From: a bacterium
GTDB taxonomy: Bacteria > Electryoneota > JAOADG01
Assembly: GCA_963681965.1 (NCBI GenBank)
Contig: OY820579.1
Coordinates: 1,824,001 to 1,888,000, forward strand
Reading direction: 5' to 3'
Length of the DNA: 64,000 nt
The position numbers were made by a program, and so were the translations under genes. Position 1 is the first letter of the stretch. Every line of letters begins with the position of its first letter. This document shows, one piece after another, positions 9,600 to 20,800 of this stretch. Below the pieces are notes generated by a model. That model searched no databases. It was not told the DNA's origin and saw only the letters and a program-made list of their open reading frames with translations.

Positions 9600-10541
9600 A
9601 TGCCCAATAACTTACCTCCCAGCACTACTGAAACAGCACTCAAGCGGCGCTGGAGACGTGCTACCGGAGGACATTGGCTTGCCCGGATAATTTCTATCTT
9701 ATTGGCATCGGTTGTTTGGCTGGCGGTATTATCCGAAGAAAATATTGAACGAACCTTATCTATTCCCATTGTTCCGTATGCCGATCGCGACAATTTAATG
9801 TGGATCGGTGATCCCCCTGGCGATGCGGTTGTTCGAGTGCAGGGAAAAGCCCGCTCGATCTGGTGGTTGATTTATATTACGCCCCCCGAAATTCGAATTC
9901 CACTGAGTTCCTTACCATCGGAAGGAGAAGTAAGACTCCGACTCGATATGGTCGAGTTGTCGCAACGCGCCGACGTGAAGATCGTTGCGATATTGAAACC
10001 GGATATTTTGCCAGTACGGGTCGAACGATTTACCAATCGAATTATCCCCATAAAACCGCAAATTACGATTGTGCCGGAAGATGGATTTATTGTCGCGGGT
10101 CAACCAACACCTTTCCCCGCTGGGGTTGAAGTTTCAGGAAACCGAACCAAATTGTTCGAAATCGATTCGGTTGTGACCGAGCCGTTGACGATTAAAAACT
10201 CTGCATCACCCGGAACCGTGCGAATGAAATTGGCAAAGATTCCCGGTGTAAAACTAGGATTGTCCACTGTAGAAGTGCGGTATACAGTCGAGCGACTCGT
10301 CGAAGAACGAATCGAAAATATCCCGGTGACTGTTCCCAATGGTTGGATCGTAGAACCCCCTTGGGTTACGTTGAAAGTGAGTGGTCCCGGTTCATTGTTA
10401 CTCGAATTGCGAAAACATGTACCAAAAGCGCGCTTATCGCAACCGATTACAGCGACCGATGCCGTTCCGGTAATTGAGTTACCGGCAATGGTAAAAATGG
10501 TTAGTATCATTCCGCAAACGGTGAAAGTCCGCCGGAAATGA
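9600..10541 (+). CDS. YbbR/CdaR-like membrane-anchored protein
   Basis: ARIISILLASVVW TM anchor followed by three beta-rich YbbR-like repeats (V.V.G motifs). Confidence 0.75.
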   Translation: MPNNLPPSTTETALKRRWRRATGGHWLARIISILLASVVWLAVLSEENIERTLSIPIVPYADRDNLMWIGDPPGDAVVRVQGKARSIWWLIYITPPEIRIPLSSLPSEGEVRLRLDMVELSQRADVKIVAILKPDILPVRVERFTNRIIPIKPQITIVPEDGFIVAGQPTPFPAGVEVSGNRTKLFEIDSVVTEPLTIKNSASPGTVRMKLAKIPGVKLGLSTVEVRYTVERLVEERIENIPVTVPNGWIVEPPWVTLKVSGPGSLLLELRKHVPKARLSQPITATDAVPVIELPAMVKMVSIIPQTVKVRRK

Positions 10542-11548
10542 TTGTACTCGGCATCGAAACCTCCTGTGATGAGACGGCTGTAGCGCTTGTCAACGAAAAC
10601 TATCAGATATTGGCACAACGTCTCACCCGACAATTAGAGCATGAACGGTGGGGAGGAGTGGTTCCGGAAACGGCATCGCGTGCTCATCTTGAATTACTGG
10701 ATCAAGCAGTCTGCGATGTGTTAAATGAGACGGGGCTAACTGCACCGGAGCTCTCTGCTGTTGCCGCAACGATCGGTCCCGGGCTTGCTGGCGCGCTCTG
10801 GGTTGGTGCCGCCTATGCCGACGGTTTTTCGCTTGCGTCCGGGATTCCACGAATTGGTGTACATCATTTGGAAGCACACTTATGGGCGGTTCTGCTGCAA
10901 CCCGATCCGATTCAGACACCATTTTTATCACTGTTGGTTTCCGGTGGACACACACTCTTGATCGAAGTACGTGGCTTTCGTGATTATCAAATCTTGGGGA
11001 CAACCCGGGATGATGCCGTCGGTGAAGCATTCGATAAAGCTGCAAGACTGTTGAATTTAGGATTCCCCGGTGGTCCTGCCATATCTGCTGCGGCTGCGAC
11101 GGTTTCAGAGGATACGGCATTACCCCCACTTCCTATCGCATCTCTATCTCCCAGTTTCGATTTTAGCTATAGTGGATTGAAGTCGGCACTTCGCCGGGGA
11201 TTGGATCTTCATCCTGAAGTTCCGGCTGCTCTTTGGGCGAAATCATTCGAACGAGTCGCAGTCGAAGCGCTCGTTCGTCCAGTTGTACGAGCGTGGGAAA
11301 CCCGTAAGTCGATGCCGTTGGTGATCGGTGGTGGTGTCGCAGCCAATCGATTACTTCGACATCGACTACAGCAGGAAGCTGATCGAATTGGATCGCGATT
11401 TTACGCTGCACCTCCCGAATATTGCACCGATAATGGTGTTATGATCGCCGTAGCTGGAATCGAGATCCTCCGCAATCGACTCGTTGACGATCAAGTGTGG
11501 ACGATTCATCCGCGTTGGTCGATTACATCGTTAGCAGGGCAATCATGA
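10538..11548 (+). CDS. tsaD: tRNA N6-adenosine threonylcarbamoyltransferase
   Basis: LGIETSCDET, WGGVVPETASRAH, GPGL, HHLEAH, VSGGHT, DDAVGEAFDK, CTDNGVMIA. Confidence 0.96.
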   Translation: MIVLGIETSCDETAVALVNENYQILAQRLTRQLEHERWGGVVPETASRAHLELLDQAVCDVLNETGLTAPELSAVAATIGPGLAGALWVGAAYADGFSLASGIPRIGVHHLEAHLWAVLLQPDPIQTPFLSLLVSGGHTLLIEVRGFRDYQILGTTRDDAVGEAFDKAARLLNLGFPGGPAISAAAATVSEDTALPPLPIASLSPSFDFSYSGLKSALRRGLDLHPEVPAALWAKSFERVAVEALVRPVVRAWETRKSMPLVIGGGVAANRLLRHRLQQEADRIGSRFYAAPPEYCTDNGVMIAVAGIEILRNRLVDDQVWTIHPRWSITSLAGQS

Positions 11549-13560
11549 CTGTAGCAACTTCTTCGGCATTTTCACCACTCTGGTGGATACCAATATTGCT
11601 GATTGCAGTTGCGATCGGTGGTTGGTGGGGATACCGTAAAACAACACCGGATCTGACACGCAAACAACGTATTGGATTAGGTATGTTAAGAGGTGTTGCG
11701 TTAGCGCTTCTAGTATTGGTCTTTGCCGGATTCGAAGCGACACTGGTACGTTTCCATCAGCGACCCTATCGACTATCGGTTCTTATCGATGGTTCCGAAT
11801 CGATGATCCTGTCTGATCGAAATGGATCGAGGCGAGAAGCAGTCCGAACAATTTTAGAGAAGATTCCGTCAGGTCGTATCGATCGAGCAGTATTAGTAGC
11901 TGATTCGATTGTGTATGGTTCGAATCCAGCTGCACTTTGGCAATCGAGTTGGATTCCCGCGAACTACTCCTCTGCCACCCGCATGATGAAGGCGACAGCC
12001 TCCGATCCGCCAACGGACGGTGTCCTTTGGGTGACCGACGGCGCAGTTGAAGAAGCCGATCGCATTCCTTACCCGCAGAAGAGTGTCTGGGCGATTGCAG
12101 TCGGTGATACACTCCCGCCACCCAATGCATATCTTGGTGATCCCGATATTCCACTTCGAGTGATTGCTGGTAAATCGGTTTCGATTACCGTTCCGATTGG
12201 GGCGGAAGGACTGGCAGGTCGGTCCGGATCGCTAGAGCTAAAGATGAGTGGCGGAACTACTACGGTACGCAATCTGACACTTCCCGTAGATGGCGCTCGC
12301 GATACAGTCACTCTATCTATAAAGGCGTCTGCTCCCGGTTGGCGAACCTTGATGATAACGCTTACCGTTCCCGGCGATTCCCTATTGACTGACAATCAAT
12401 TGATCGTCCCGATTTATGTTCGAGTAGCACAACTTCCTGTGACAATAGTCTATGGAAATCTTCATCCGGATATTGCCGCTATCAGACGGGCGCTGGAAGC
12501 TGATTCTGGCTTCTTGGTCACTGCAATTCCCGAAGTACAGGCGAATCAACCTCCGAGTAGTGGTATCCTATTTTTAATGCATTCTCCCCGGGAAGGGATG
12601 CCGTCGGGAAATGTTGTCGCGAAATGGGCAGCAAATTTCGATCGTGGAATGCTTTGGCTACCCGGTTCCGCCGGTTGGTCACCAAATCTCGCCAAGCAAT
12701 TTGCCAATAGCGATCTTCGGTATCGAGGTGCTGGCGAAGTTAAATCGGTTGTGCCGATACCAACCAGAGAACGATTGCTTTCGGGTTCGAGTATCGAACC
12801 GGATTGGGGGCGATTACCTCCCGTTGCCGGAAAACGCAATGCATTTTCAGCAGCATCAAATGTTGCTGCTACAATCGAGGGAACCGATCCAGCAGTTATT
12901 CTTCAATCGGGTAATGTCAATCGCGCCGCAGTATTCGTCTGGGATCTTTGGCGATGGCAACAAGCACCGATTGAATCCGGACGCCCTTCTGCAGTGGATC
13001 GGTTCTGGCGATCGTTAGCGGAATGGTTGGCAGCCGATCGATCGAAAACGTTCCGATCAGTTCCGGATCGTCACTATTCGGTAGGCGTACCCGGATCGCT
13101 GGAAGCGATTTGGTTTGCACCAACTGGCGAACCAATCACTGGTGCTGTGGTTGCGATGGAAACAGGCAAAGAGAAAATCCTTTTGGAAGAACGCGATCCC
13201 GGGCGATATGCCGCGAAATGGCAACCGAAGCAGGCTGGTGAACAGTCACTTCTATTCCGAGGAACGACTACCGATAATCAAATAGCCGTAGATACGCTTC
13301 ATATCGCAGTCGATCGCTTCTCTTACGAACATCAGAATGCCATCGCCTTTCCAAAACGGCTGGCAGAATCTTCACAAACCGGTGGGGGGCTCGTTCCTCC
13401 TGATCGAATCCCAAATCTCCTCGATAGTCTCCACCAAGTATCGGTTCAAGATCGACAAGAATTTCCAATTAAGCTCTGGCATTCAATTTACTCGTTGATC
13501 TTATTGCTGTTATTGCTTTCAGTTGAATGGTTTTGGCGATCGCGAATCGGGTTACTCTGA
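11545..13560 (+). CDS. Membrane protein with vWA-like (MIDAS), Ig-like and GATase-like domains
   Basis: Two N-terminal TMs, LIDGSESM (DxSxS) and VTDG, C-terminal TM ending LSVEWFWR; ATGA overlap with tsaD. Confidence 0.65.
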   Translation: MTVATSSAFSPLWWIPILLIAVAIGGWWGYRKTTPDLTRKQRIGLGMLRGVALALLVLVFAGFEATLVRFHQRPYRLSVLIDGSESMILSDRNGSRREAVRTILEKIPSGRIDRAVLVADSIVYGSNPAALWQSSWIPANYSSATRMMKATASDPPTDGVLWVTDGAVEEADRIPYPQKSVWAIAVGDTLPPPNAYLGDPDIPLRVIAGKSVSITVPIGAEGLAGRSGSLELKMSGGTTTVRNLTLPVDGARDTVTLSIKASAPGWRTLMITLTVPGDSLLTDNQLIVPIYVRVAQLPVTIVYGNLHPDIAAIRRALEADSGFLVTAIPEVQANQPPSSGILFLMHSPREGMPSGNVVAKWAANFDRGMLWLPGSAGWSPNLAKQFANSDLRYRGAGEVKSVVPIPTRERLLSGSSIEPDWGRLPPVAGKRNAFSAASNVAATIEGTDPAVILQSGNVNRAAVFVWDLWRWQQAPIESGRPSAVDRFWRSLAEWLAADRSKTFRSVPDRHYSVGVPGSLEAIWFAPTGEPITGAVVAMETGKEKILLEERDPGRYAAKWQPKQAGEQSLLFRGTTTDNQIAVDTLHIAVDRFSYEHQNAIAFPKRLAESSQTGGGLVPPDRIPNLLDSLHQVSVQDRQEFPIKLWHSIYSLILLLLLLSVEWFWRSRIGLL

Positions 13561-13601
13561 TCGAGTTCGAAAAAAAAATGTATAATTTTTAGCAAGAATC
13601 C

Positions 13602-13630
13602 TTGAAATTTACCGAAGAAACCCATATCAT
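13602..13630 (+). promoter_or_regulatory. Putative sigma70 promoter
   Basis: TTGAAA-17 nt-TATCAT upstream of the MASE1 gene. Confidence 0.55.
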
Positions 13631-13747
13631 TACTCTGATATTCGAATCCAGATCATTCCTGTTTCCATCATCATCGCAGTATTACCAAATTGTTCCTCTT
13701 TTCGACAAATTGCAGTTCTTGTCGTGTAACTATGCGAGGCAAATTCG

Positions 13748-15019
13748 ATGGATAAATTCTTTACCATAGAAAATATTCACCAACGTATCATCGCGATCGT
13801 TTGGGTGGCGCTGGCATTTTTTCTGATGGCGCGTCTTGGTATGCTCTTTGCCTTTGAGAATACAAATGTTACGTGTATCTGGCCCCCTTCAGGTATTGCA
13901 CTCGCGGCATTTCTCCTCTTCGGACCGAAAATTTGGCCGGGGATTTTTATTGGCGAATTCATTGCCAATGCATCACTCTTCCATCAAAACGATGCCGGAG
14001 GGATTACTTCGGTTCTCCTAGTGTCGATCGCATTCGGGTGCGGTGACTCGTTATCGGCATTTATTAGTTATTATCTCATTACGCGTTTTATTCCATCTAA
14101 GCAGTTGATGGAGCGGGTAAAAAATGTATTTGTGTTTGCCGGAATTGCAATGATTGGAAGTCTAGTAGGCTCGATCGTTGGTGCTTCTTCGTTGACGATA
14201 TCTGGCATTTCTGATGTATCGAAATTTGGTTTCTTGATGGGGACATGGTGGATTGGCGATTCGACCGGAGTGATGGTATTTACTCCGTTTATTTTGACGC
14301 TGGTCAAAACCGATTGGAAATTGAATTGGCATAAAATCAGCGAAGGAGTCATCGTTTTTGTATCGCAAATCGTGCTGGGTTTGTTCATATTCGGAATGTG
14401 GCAAACGGGATATTCGATCAATGGTTTAGCGGCACTCATTATTCTTCCGATGATCTGGTCAGTCTTCCGATTGGGATTGGTTGAAACCATTTTTTCGATC
14501 ATTCTTACTGCTGGAGTTGCGGTCTGGGGCACTATACACGGAATTGGACCGTTTGTTGGAGCATCTCAGATTGAATCGCTTTCTCAATTAGTGATCTTTA
14601 TTCTGGTAATAGTATTTACTATTTATATCCTGTCGATTACCGTGTTGGACCGTGCCCGAATAACTGAACAATTTAAATCGGTCAACGATCACTTGGAACA
14701 AATTGTTGAGACACGAACATCGGCATTGGAACACACGAATTCCGAATTGACGAAAGAGGTGGAAGCGCGAAAGCAAGTGGAGCTGGATCTCGAGAAAACA
14801 ATCGAAAACCTGCAATCCGCGCTAGGAAATATTCGAACGCTCTCGGGATTGATTCCAATTTGTGCAAGCTGCAAGAAAATTCGAGACGACAAAGGGTATT
14901 GGAATAGTGTCGAGAAGTATGTTCATGAAAAAACTTCGGCAGAATTGACGCACAGTATCTGCCCGGAATGTATGGCAAGACTCTATCCCGAAGTCGGCAA
15001 AGGTAACACAAAAGCCTAA
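13748..15019 (+). CDS. MASE1 membrane sensor with coiled coil and C-terminal Cys/His domain
   Basis: IWPPSGIALA..LLFG..IWPG, WWIGDSTG MASE1 motifs; C-terminal LIPICASCKKIRDDKGYW...THSICPEC. Confidence 0.85.
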   Translation: MDKFFTIENIHQRIIAIVWVALAFFLMARLGMLFAFENTNVTCIWPPSGIALAAFLLFGPKIWPGIFIGEFIANASLFHQNDAGGITSVLLVSIAFGCGDSLSAFISYYLITRFIPSKQLMERVKNVFVFAGIAMIGSLVGSIVGASSLTISGISDVSKFGFLMGTWWIGDSTGVMVFTPFILTLVKTDWKLNWHKISEGVIVFVSQIVLGLFIFGMWQTGYSINGLAALIILPMIWSVFRLGLVETIFSIILTAGVAVWGTIHGIGPFVGASQIESLSQLVIFILVIVFTIYILSITVLDRARITEQFKSVNDHLEQIVETRTSALEHTNSELTKEVEARKQVELDLEKTIENLQSALGNIRTLSGLIPICASCKKIRDDKGYWNSVEKYVHEKTSAELTHSICPECMARLYPEVGKGNTKA

Positions 15020-15079
15020 GCGTTCGTAAAATTTAAAAATTAATTGTGAAAAATCGGGGGCATCTCAATTGCTCCCGAT

Positions 15080-16414
15080 TTGTTAGAGAGGCGCTTGAAA
15101 ATTCTGCTCGTTTTACCTGCGGGAGAAAATTTCCGGGTGACCACAAAGGATACCCGCGTTCCTCGTCGGAAAATGCTTCGTTTCAGTATTTTACCCCTAA
15201 CTACTATTGCAGCATTGACACCATCTTGTCACGAAGTCGGGATTTGCGATGAAAATGTCGAACCGATTGATTTCGATGCTGATGTCGATTTAGTAGGAAT
15301 CACTTTCATGACGGCGGTAGCCCCGCGAGCCTATCAGATTGCCGCCGAATTCCGGAAACGCGGGAAGATTGTAGTTGCTGGTGGCTATCATACTACTTTA
15401 TGTCCGGACGATGTTGAACCGCATTTCGATTCTCTAGTAATCGGTGAAGCTGAGATACAGTGGCAACAACTGCTTCAAGACGTTGAAGCAAAAAGATTGC
15501 AAAAAAAGTATGTGGCTACACATCCATGCGATCCGGCATTAATTCCAACCCCCCGCCGCGATTTAACGACTCGTAACAAGCATCATTACGTTACGATCAA
15601 TGCCGTTCACACAGGTCGAGGTTGTTTCAATGCCTGCAATTTCTGTTCGATTACGGCTTTCTTCAATCACAATCACCGAAATCGACCACTAGACCATGTT
15701 TTGAATGAATTAAAAGAGTTACCAAAATCGATCTTATTTATCGACGACAACATTATTGCCAATCGCGACTATGCTCGAAAAATGTTCGAGGAAATGATTC
15801 CGCTTCGCAAAAAATGGGTGAGTCAATGCACGATCGATATCGCCGACGATCCCGATTTACTCATTTTGGCAAAGAAATCAGGCTGCATCGGTCTCTTCAT
15901 CGGGATCGAATCGATCCAATCAGGAAATCTAGCAACTTTCAATAAGAAGTTTAATCAGTCTGAATCCTACCCAAAGCGTCTTAAAATAATTCGGAACGCT
16001 GGAATCGCGATATTAGGCTCGCTAATTGTCGGAGGCGACAGTGATGATCCGAGCATATTTGCCGATACCTTGAAGTTTCTCCAACAAAATCGGACGATTG
16101 CGCTGCAATTAAACATTTTAACACCACTTCCGGGTACTCCACTGTTTGAGAAGATGGAGCGAGAAGGACGGATCATCGATCGTGATTGGACGAAATACGA
16201 TTACCGCAATGTGATCTTTCAGCCTGCTAAAATGACACCATCCCAGCTTCAACAGGGAGCAGACTGGTTATACCGCCAATATTACCGGTTGGATCGCATT
16301 TTTCTACATTCTTTATATACATTGTTTAAGTATGGTTTATTCAATGCGATACTAACTTGGCGCTTGAATTTTACTTATCGCTACGACAATCAACAAGAGG
16401 ATCGTAATCGGTAG
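15080..16414 (+). CDS. B12-binding-domain radical SAM protein
   Basis: GRGCFNACNFC (CxxxCxxC), GGYHTT, IGEAE, FIDDN, GIES, TPLPGT. Confidence 0.92.
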   Translation: MLERRLKILLVLPAGENFRVTTKDTRVPRRKMLRFSILPLTTIAALTPSCHEVGICDENVEPIDFDADVDLVGITFMTAVAPRAYQIAAEFRKRGKIVVAGGYHTTLCPDDVEPHFDSLVIGEAEIQWQQLLQDVEAKRLQKKYVATHPCDPALIPTPRRDLTTRNKHHYVTINAVHTGRGCFNACNFCSITAFFNHNHRNRPLDHVLNELKELPKSILFIDDNIIANRDYARKMFEEMIPLRKKWVSQCTIDIADDPDLLILAKKSGCIGLFIGIESIQSGNLATFNKKFNQSESYPKRLKIIRNAGIAILGSLIVGGDSDDPSIFADTLKFLQQNRTIALQLNILTPLPGTPLFEKMEREGRIIDRDWTKYDYRNVIFQPAKMTPSQLQQGADWLYRQYYRLDRIFLHSLYTLFKYGLFNAILTWRLNFTYRYDNQQEDRNR

Positions 16415-16602
16415 AACAATTTTCTCCATGTAAATATTTAAAAATCTACACTTGGCTTCTCCTCCATAGAGGGAAATTCGCTTTATTTATCCCCATTTGT
16501 TATATTAACTAGGCTACATTGACCGGTTGTAACCCCTTTTTTCCGCAAATATCACCGGCTCTTCTTCTTGTACTCCAATGGATTTCAAACGGGATTATTC
16601 CG

Positions 16603-17205
16603 ATGCCGCAACGAATCACATCGCCTGCACTCGAAGAAGCAGTGAAACGACTTGCTAAAATGCCGGGTATTGGAAAAAAAGCGGCAATGCGGATGGCGGT
16701 TTATCTGCTAGAAACTGCACCGGAAGAAGTCGATGCGTTGGCTGAGGCGATCCGGAACGTTAAACGCAGCATTGGCGTTTGCTCGATATGCGGTAATTGG
16801 ACGGAAGTCGATCCGTGTGTAATCTGCGAATCGCCACTACGGGATCGCTCGACGATCTGCGTTGTAGAGACACCGGCAGATGTGTTGGCTGTAGAAAACA
16901 GCGGGTTTCGCGGGCTGTATCATGTATTGGGCGGTGCGTTATCGCCGCTGGATGAGATTGGTCCGGAACAGTTGCGGTTCCGCGAATTGGTAGCTCGGTT
17001 GCGTCAGGGTCAGGTCCAGGAAATAATCGCAGCGACCAACCCGACAGCAGAAGGCGATGCCACTGCAATGTATTTATCGCGATTGTTGGAACCGTTGCAA
17101 ATTAAGGTTTCGCGAATCGGTTTTGGAATCCCAATCGGCGCTGATGTTCGATTGGCTGACGAAGAAACATTATCGCACTCTATGAAGTCTAGACGCGCTT
17201 TATAA
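16603..17205 (+). CDS. recR: Recombination mediator RecR
   Basis: MPGIGKKAAMR, CSICGN..DPCVIC zinc finger, YHVLGG, ATNPTAEGDATA. Confidence 0.96.
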   Translation: MPQRITSPALEEAVKRLAKMPGIGKKAAMRMAVYLLETAPEEVDALAEAIRNVKRSIGVCSICGNWTEVDPCVICESPLRDRSTICVVETPADVLAVENSGFRGLYHVLGGALSPLDEIGPEQLRFRELVARLRQGQVQEIIAATNPTAEGDATAMYLSRLLEPLQIKVSRIGFGIPIGADVRLADEETLSHSMKSRRAL

Positions 17206-17217
17206 CGTAGATAACCA

Positions 17218-17718
17218 ATGGAGTCTTTAATGCACAAACAGCGTAGTTTATTCGTCGCGATCGCGATTGTGCTAATTGTATCGATTGCTTTAGCTGATCT
17301 ACCGGAATGTACACGGATATTGTCGGAACCGGTAAAAGCAGCATTCCAAAATAAATTTCCGTTAGCGATGGTGACTAAATGCGATACTAAAACCGATCAA
17401 AACAGTACGACGTATACGATCAGTTTTACGCAAGATACCACCAAATACGAAGCAACCTACGATGCCGGTGGCAAAGGCATCAAGCTAATTAAGGAAATTC
17501 GAAATTCGAAGGAACTGGCAGCAAAAGCGCCGTTATTGCTCTTATTTGAAGTAGTAGCCAATTTGTATAATGATTTTCCGGATATTTATCTACATCAGTC
17601 GGAAAACTTGTCGAAGCTCAATACAAGCGAAATGACAATTAAAATTCCGGAGAATAATATTGATGCCGTGGTCAATTTCGATTCAACTACTGGCATTACT
17701 CATATTCACATGAAGTAA
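17218..17718 (+). CDS. Secreted PepSY-like/BLIP-like hypothetical protein
   Basis: Signal peptide; PVKAAFQNKFP...YTISF...YEATYDAGG pattern. Confidence 0.55.
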   Translation: MESLMHKQRSLFVAIAIVLIVSIALADLPECTRILSEPVKAAFQNKFPLAMVTKCDTKTDQNSTTYTISFTQDTTKYEATYDAGGKGIKLIKEIRNSKELAAKAPLLLLFEVVANLYNDFPDIYLHQSENLSKLNTSEMTIKIPENNIDAVVNFDSTTGITHIHMK

Positions 17719-17870
17719 ATTCGATTCGACAAATCAAGCGAATCGTATCAGATTTTATTACAACCAGACGATTTACGTCTACTCGAAGCGATGGAATGGT
17801 GTGCCGAGCAGTGCACCGTACAGGTGTTAGCCATCTTCCAGCGCATTTGCTAACTCAGGAGTAATTTCTT

Positions 17871-20800
17871 ATGGCGAAAAAATTCACAACCATCGATGGA
17901 AACGAAGCAGCAGCTTATGTTGCATTCCGAACCAACGAAATTTGCTCGATCTATCCGATTACCCCCTCCTCCAATATGGGCGAATGGGCGGATCAGTGGG
18001 CAGCTTACGGCAAGAAAAATATTTGGGGTACGGTTCCGACCGTTGCCGAGATGCAATCCGAAGGTGGTGCATCCGGCGCAATTCACGGCGCGCTCCAGAC
18101 CGGTGCACTGGCAACCACTTTTACTGCCAGCCAGGGTCTCTTGCTGATGATACCGAATATGTTCAAGATCGCCGGCGAATTGACGAGCACCGTTTTCCAC
18201 GTCAGTGCCCGTGCCGTTGCGACTCAAGCCTTATCGATCTTCGGCGACCACAGCGATATTAACGCTTGCCGAACTACCGGTTGGGGTATGCTCGCTTCCG
18301 CTTCGGTGCAGGAAGTAATGGACTTCGCATTGATCTCGCAAGTTGCGACCCTCAAAGCACGAATTCCCTTCATTCATTTCTTCGATGGCTTCCGAACCAG
18401 TCACGAAGTAAATAAAATCGAAGTTATTCCCGACGAAGTAATGCTCTCGATGATGGATCCGGAATTGATTCGCGCGCATCGCAATCGCGCTCTTTCTCCC
18501 GACCGTCCAGTGCTGCGTGGCTCGGCTCAGAATCCCGATGTGTACTTCCAAGGTCGCGAAACGGTCAATCCGTTTTATACCGCATGTCCAGGAATTGTAC
18601 AAGAAGTAATGGATGACTTTGCCAAGAAGACCGGTCGCCAGTACAAATTGTATGAATATGTCGGAGATCCCGAAGCAGAAACTGTAATCATCTTAATGGC
18701 AAGCGGTTGCGAAACTGCACACGAAACTGTCGATTATCTGACGAAAAAAGGCGAAAAAGTTGGCGTTTTGAAAGTTCGACTCTATCGCCCATTCTCGATG
18801 AAAGATTTCATTACGGCATTACCGAAGACCGTCAAGACGATCGGTGTTCTCGATCGGACGAAGGAACCCGGAAACGCCGGCGAACCGCTTTATCAGGATT
18901 CAATTACTGCCGTATTCGAAAACGCTCACAACGGTTGGCAGCACTTCAGCGCGATGCCGCGAGTGATTGGTGGTCGATACGGTCTTGCCAGCAAAGAATT
19001 CACACCGGCAATGATAAAAGCAGTTTTCGATAATTTGAAACTCCCGAATCCGAAGAATTCCTTCACAGTCGGTATTGTCGACGATGTTACGCATACTTCA
19101 CTTGATTACGATCCCGAATTCTCCACCGAAGGCGAAAAAGTCATTCGCGGCGTATTCTTCGGTCTTGGTGCCGACGGCACGGTCAGTGCGAACAAGAATT
19201 CGATCAAGATTATCGGTGAAGAAACCGACAACTCAGCACAAGGTTATTTTGTCTACGACTCGAAGAAATCCGGATCGATCACGACCAGTCACCTTCGGTT
19301 TGGTCCCGACAAGATTCGCAGTACCTATCTGATCAGTAAAGCCGATTTCGTAGGATGCCACCAGACGGTGTTCCTCGAGACTTACGATATCATGAAGGTC
19401 TGCAAGCCAGGTGCCGTCTTCCTTCTCAATACACAAGTATCGAAAGAAGAAGTTTGGGACTCGCTACCACGTGCCGTGCAAGAAGGAATGATCAAGGCGC
19501 AGGTTAAATTCTATGTCATCGATGCCTATAAAGTCGCACGCGAAGCCGGTCTTGGTGGTCGTATCAATACGATTATGCAAACCTGTTTCTTTGCCATCTC
19601 CGGTATTCTTCCCCGTGAAGAAGCGATTCAGCGCATCAAGGATATGATCAAGAAGACTTGGGCTGCTCGTGGCGATAAGATTGTTCAAATGAATTTCACC
19701 GCTGTCGACAAGACCTTGGAAAATTTATTCGCCGTCGAATTACCGAAGACTGTTACTTCCAAGATCGCACAGCGCCCTGCAATTGCACCGGGTGCACCGA
19801 AGTATGTCGAAGAAGTGACTTCGTTAATGGTGCTGAATCGTGGCGACGAAGTAACTGTCGGGCAAATGCCAGTCGACGGTACTTTCATGACCGCGACTGC
19901 ACAGTGGGAAAAACGCAATATTGCACTCGAAGTTCCAGTATGGGATGCCGAAATTTGTATTCAGTGCGGTAAGTGCGTATTAGTTTGCCCGCATGCCACC
20001 ATCCGCCAGAAAGTATTCGATCCGGCGTTACTAAAGAATGCACCGGAAACTTTCAAAGCTGTCGATTTCAAGGGTGCAGAATACAAGGGTATGAAGTATT
20101 CGCTCCAAGTCGCAGTCGAAGATTGTACTGGTTGCGAATTGTGTGTTTCCTATTGCCCGGTCAAGAGCAAATCCAATGCCTCGCTCAAGGCAATTAATAT
20201 GGCTCCGCAACTTCCGTTGCGCGAACCGGAACGTGCCAACTGGAATTTCTTCCTCACGATACCCGAAGCCGACCGTCGTACTGCCAAGATCGATTCGATC
20301 AAAGGCAGCCAGTTCCTGCGTCCATTATTCGAGTTCAGTGGTGCTTGCGGTGGTTGTGGTGAAACTCCCTATTACAAACTATTAACGCAACTCTTCGGTG
20401 ATCGAGCCGTTATCGCTAATGCAACCGGTTGCTCTTCGATTTACGGTGGTAACTTACCGACCACACCGTTTGCGGTGGACGAAAATGGTCGCGGTCCGGC
20501 ATGGTCGAACAGCTTATTCGAAGACAATGCCGAATTCGGCTTCGGTTTCCGACTAACGTTCGACAAATTGCGCGATATCGCAATGGAAAGTCTCCCGAAA
20601 TTTGCGCCGCAATTGGGCGACGATTTCGTGAATGCGCTTTTGAATGCCGATCAGAAGACTGAAACCGGTATTTACGATCAGCGTGCACGAGTTGCCGAAC
20701 TTAAGAAGAAATTAGCTACTATTTCCGGTAACGACGCATTGAATTTGGCGACGATCGCCGATAACCTAGTCAAGCGTTCTGTCTGGATCGTCGGTGGTGA

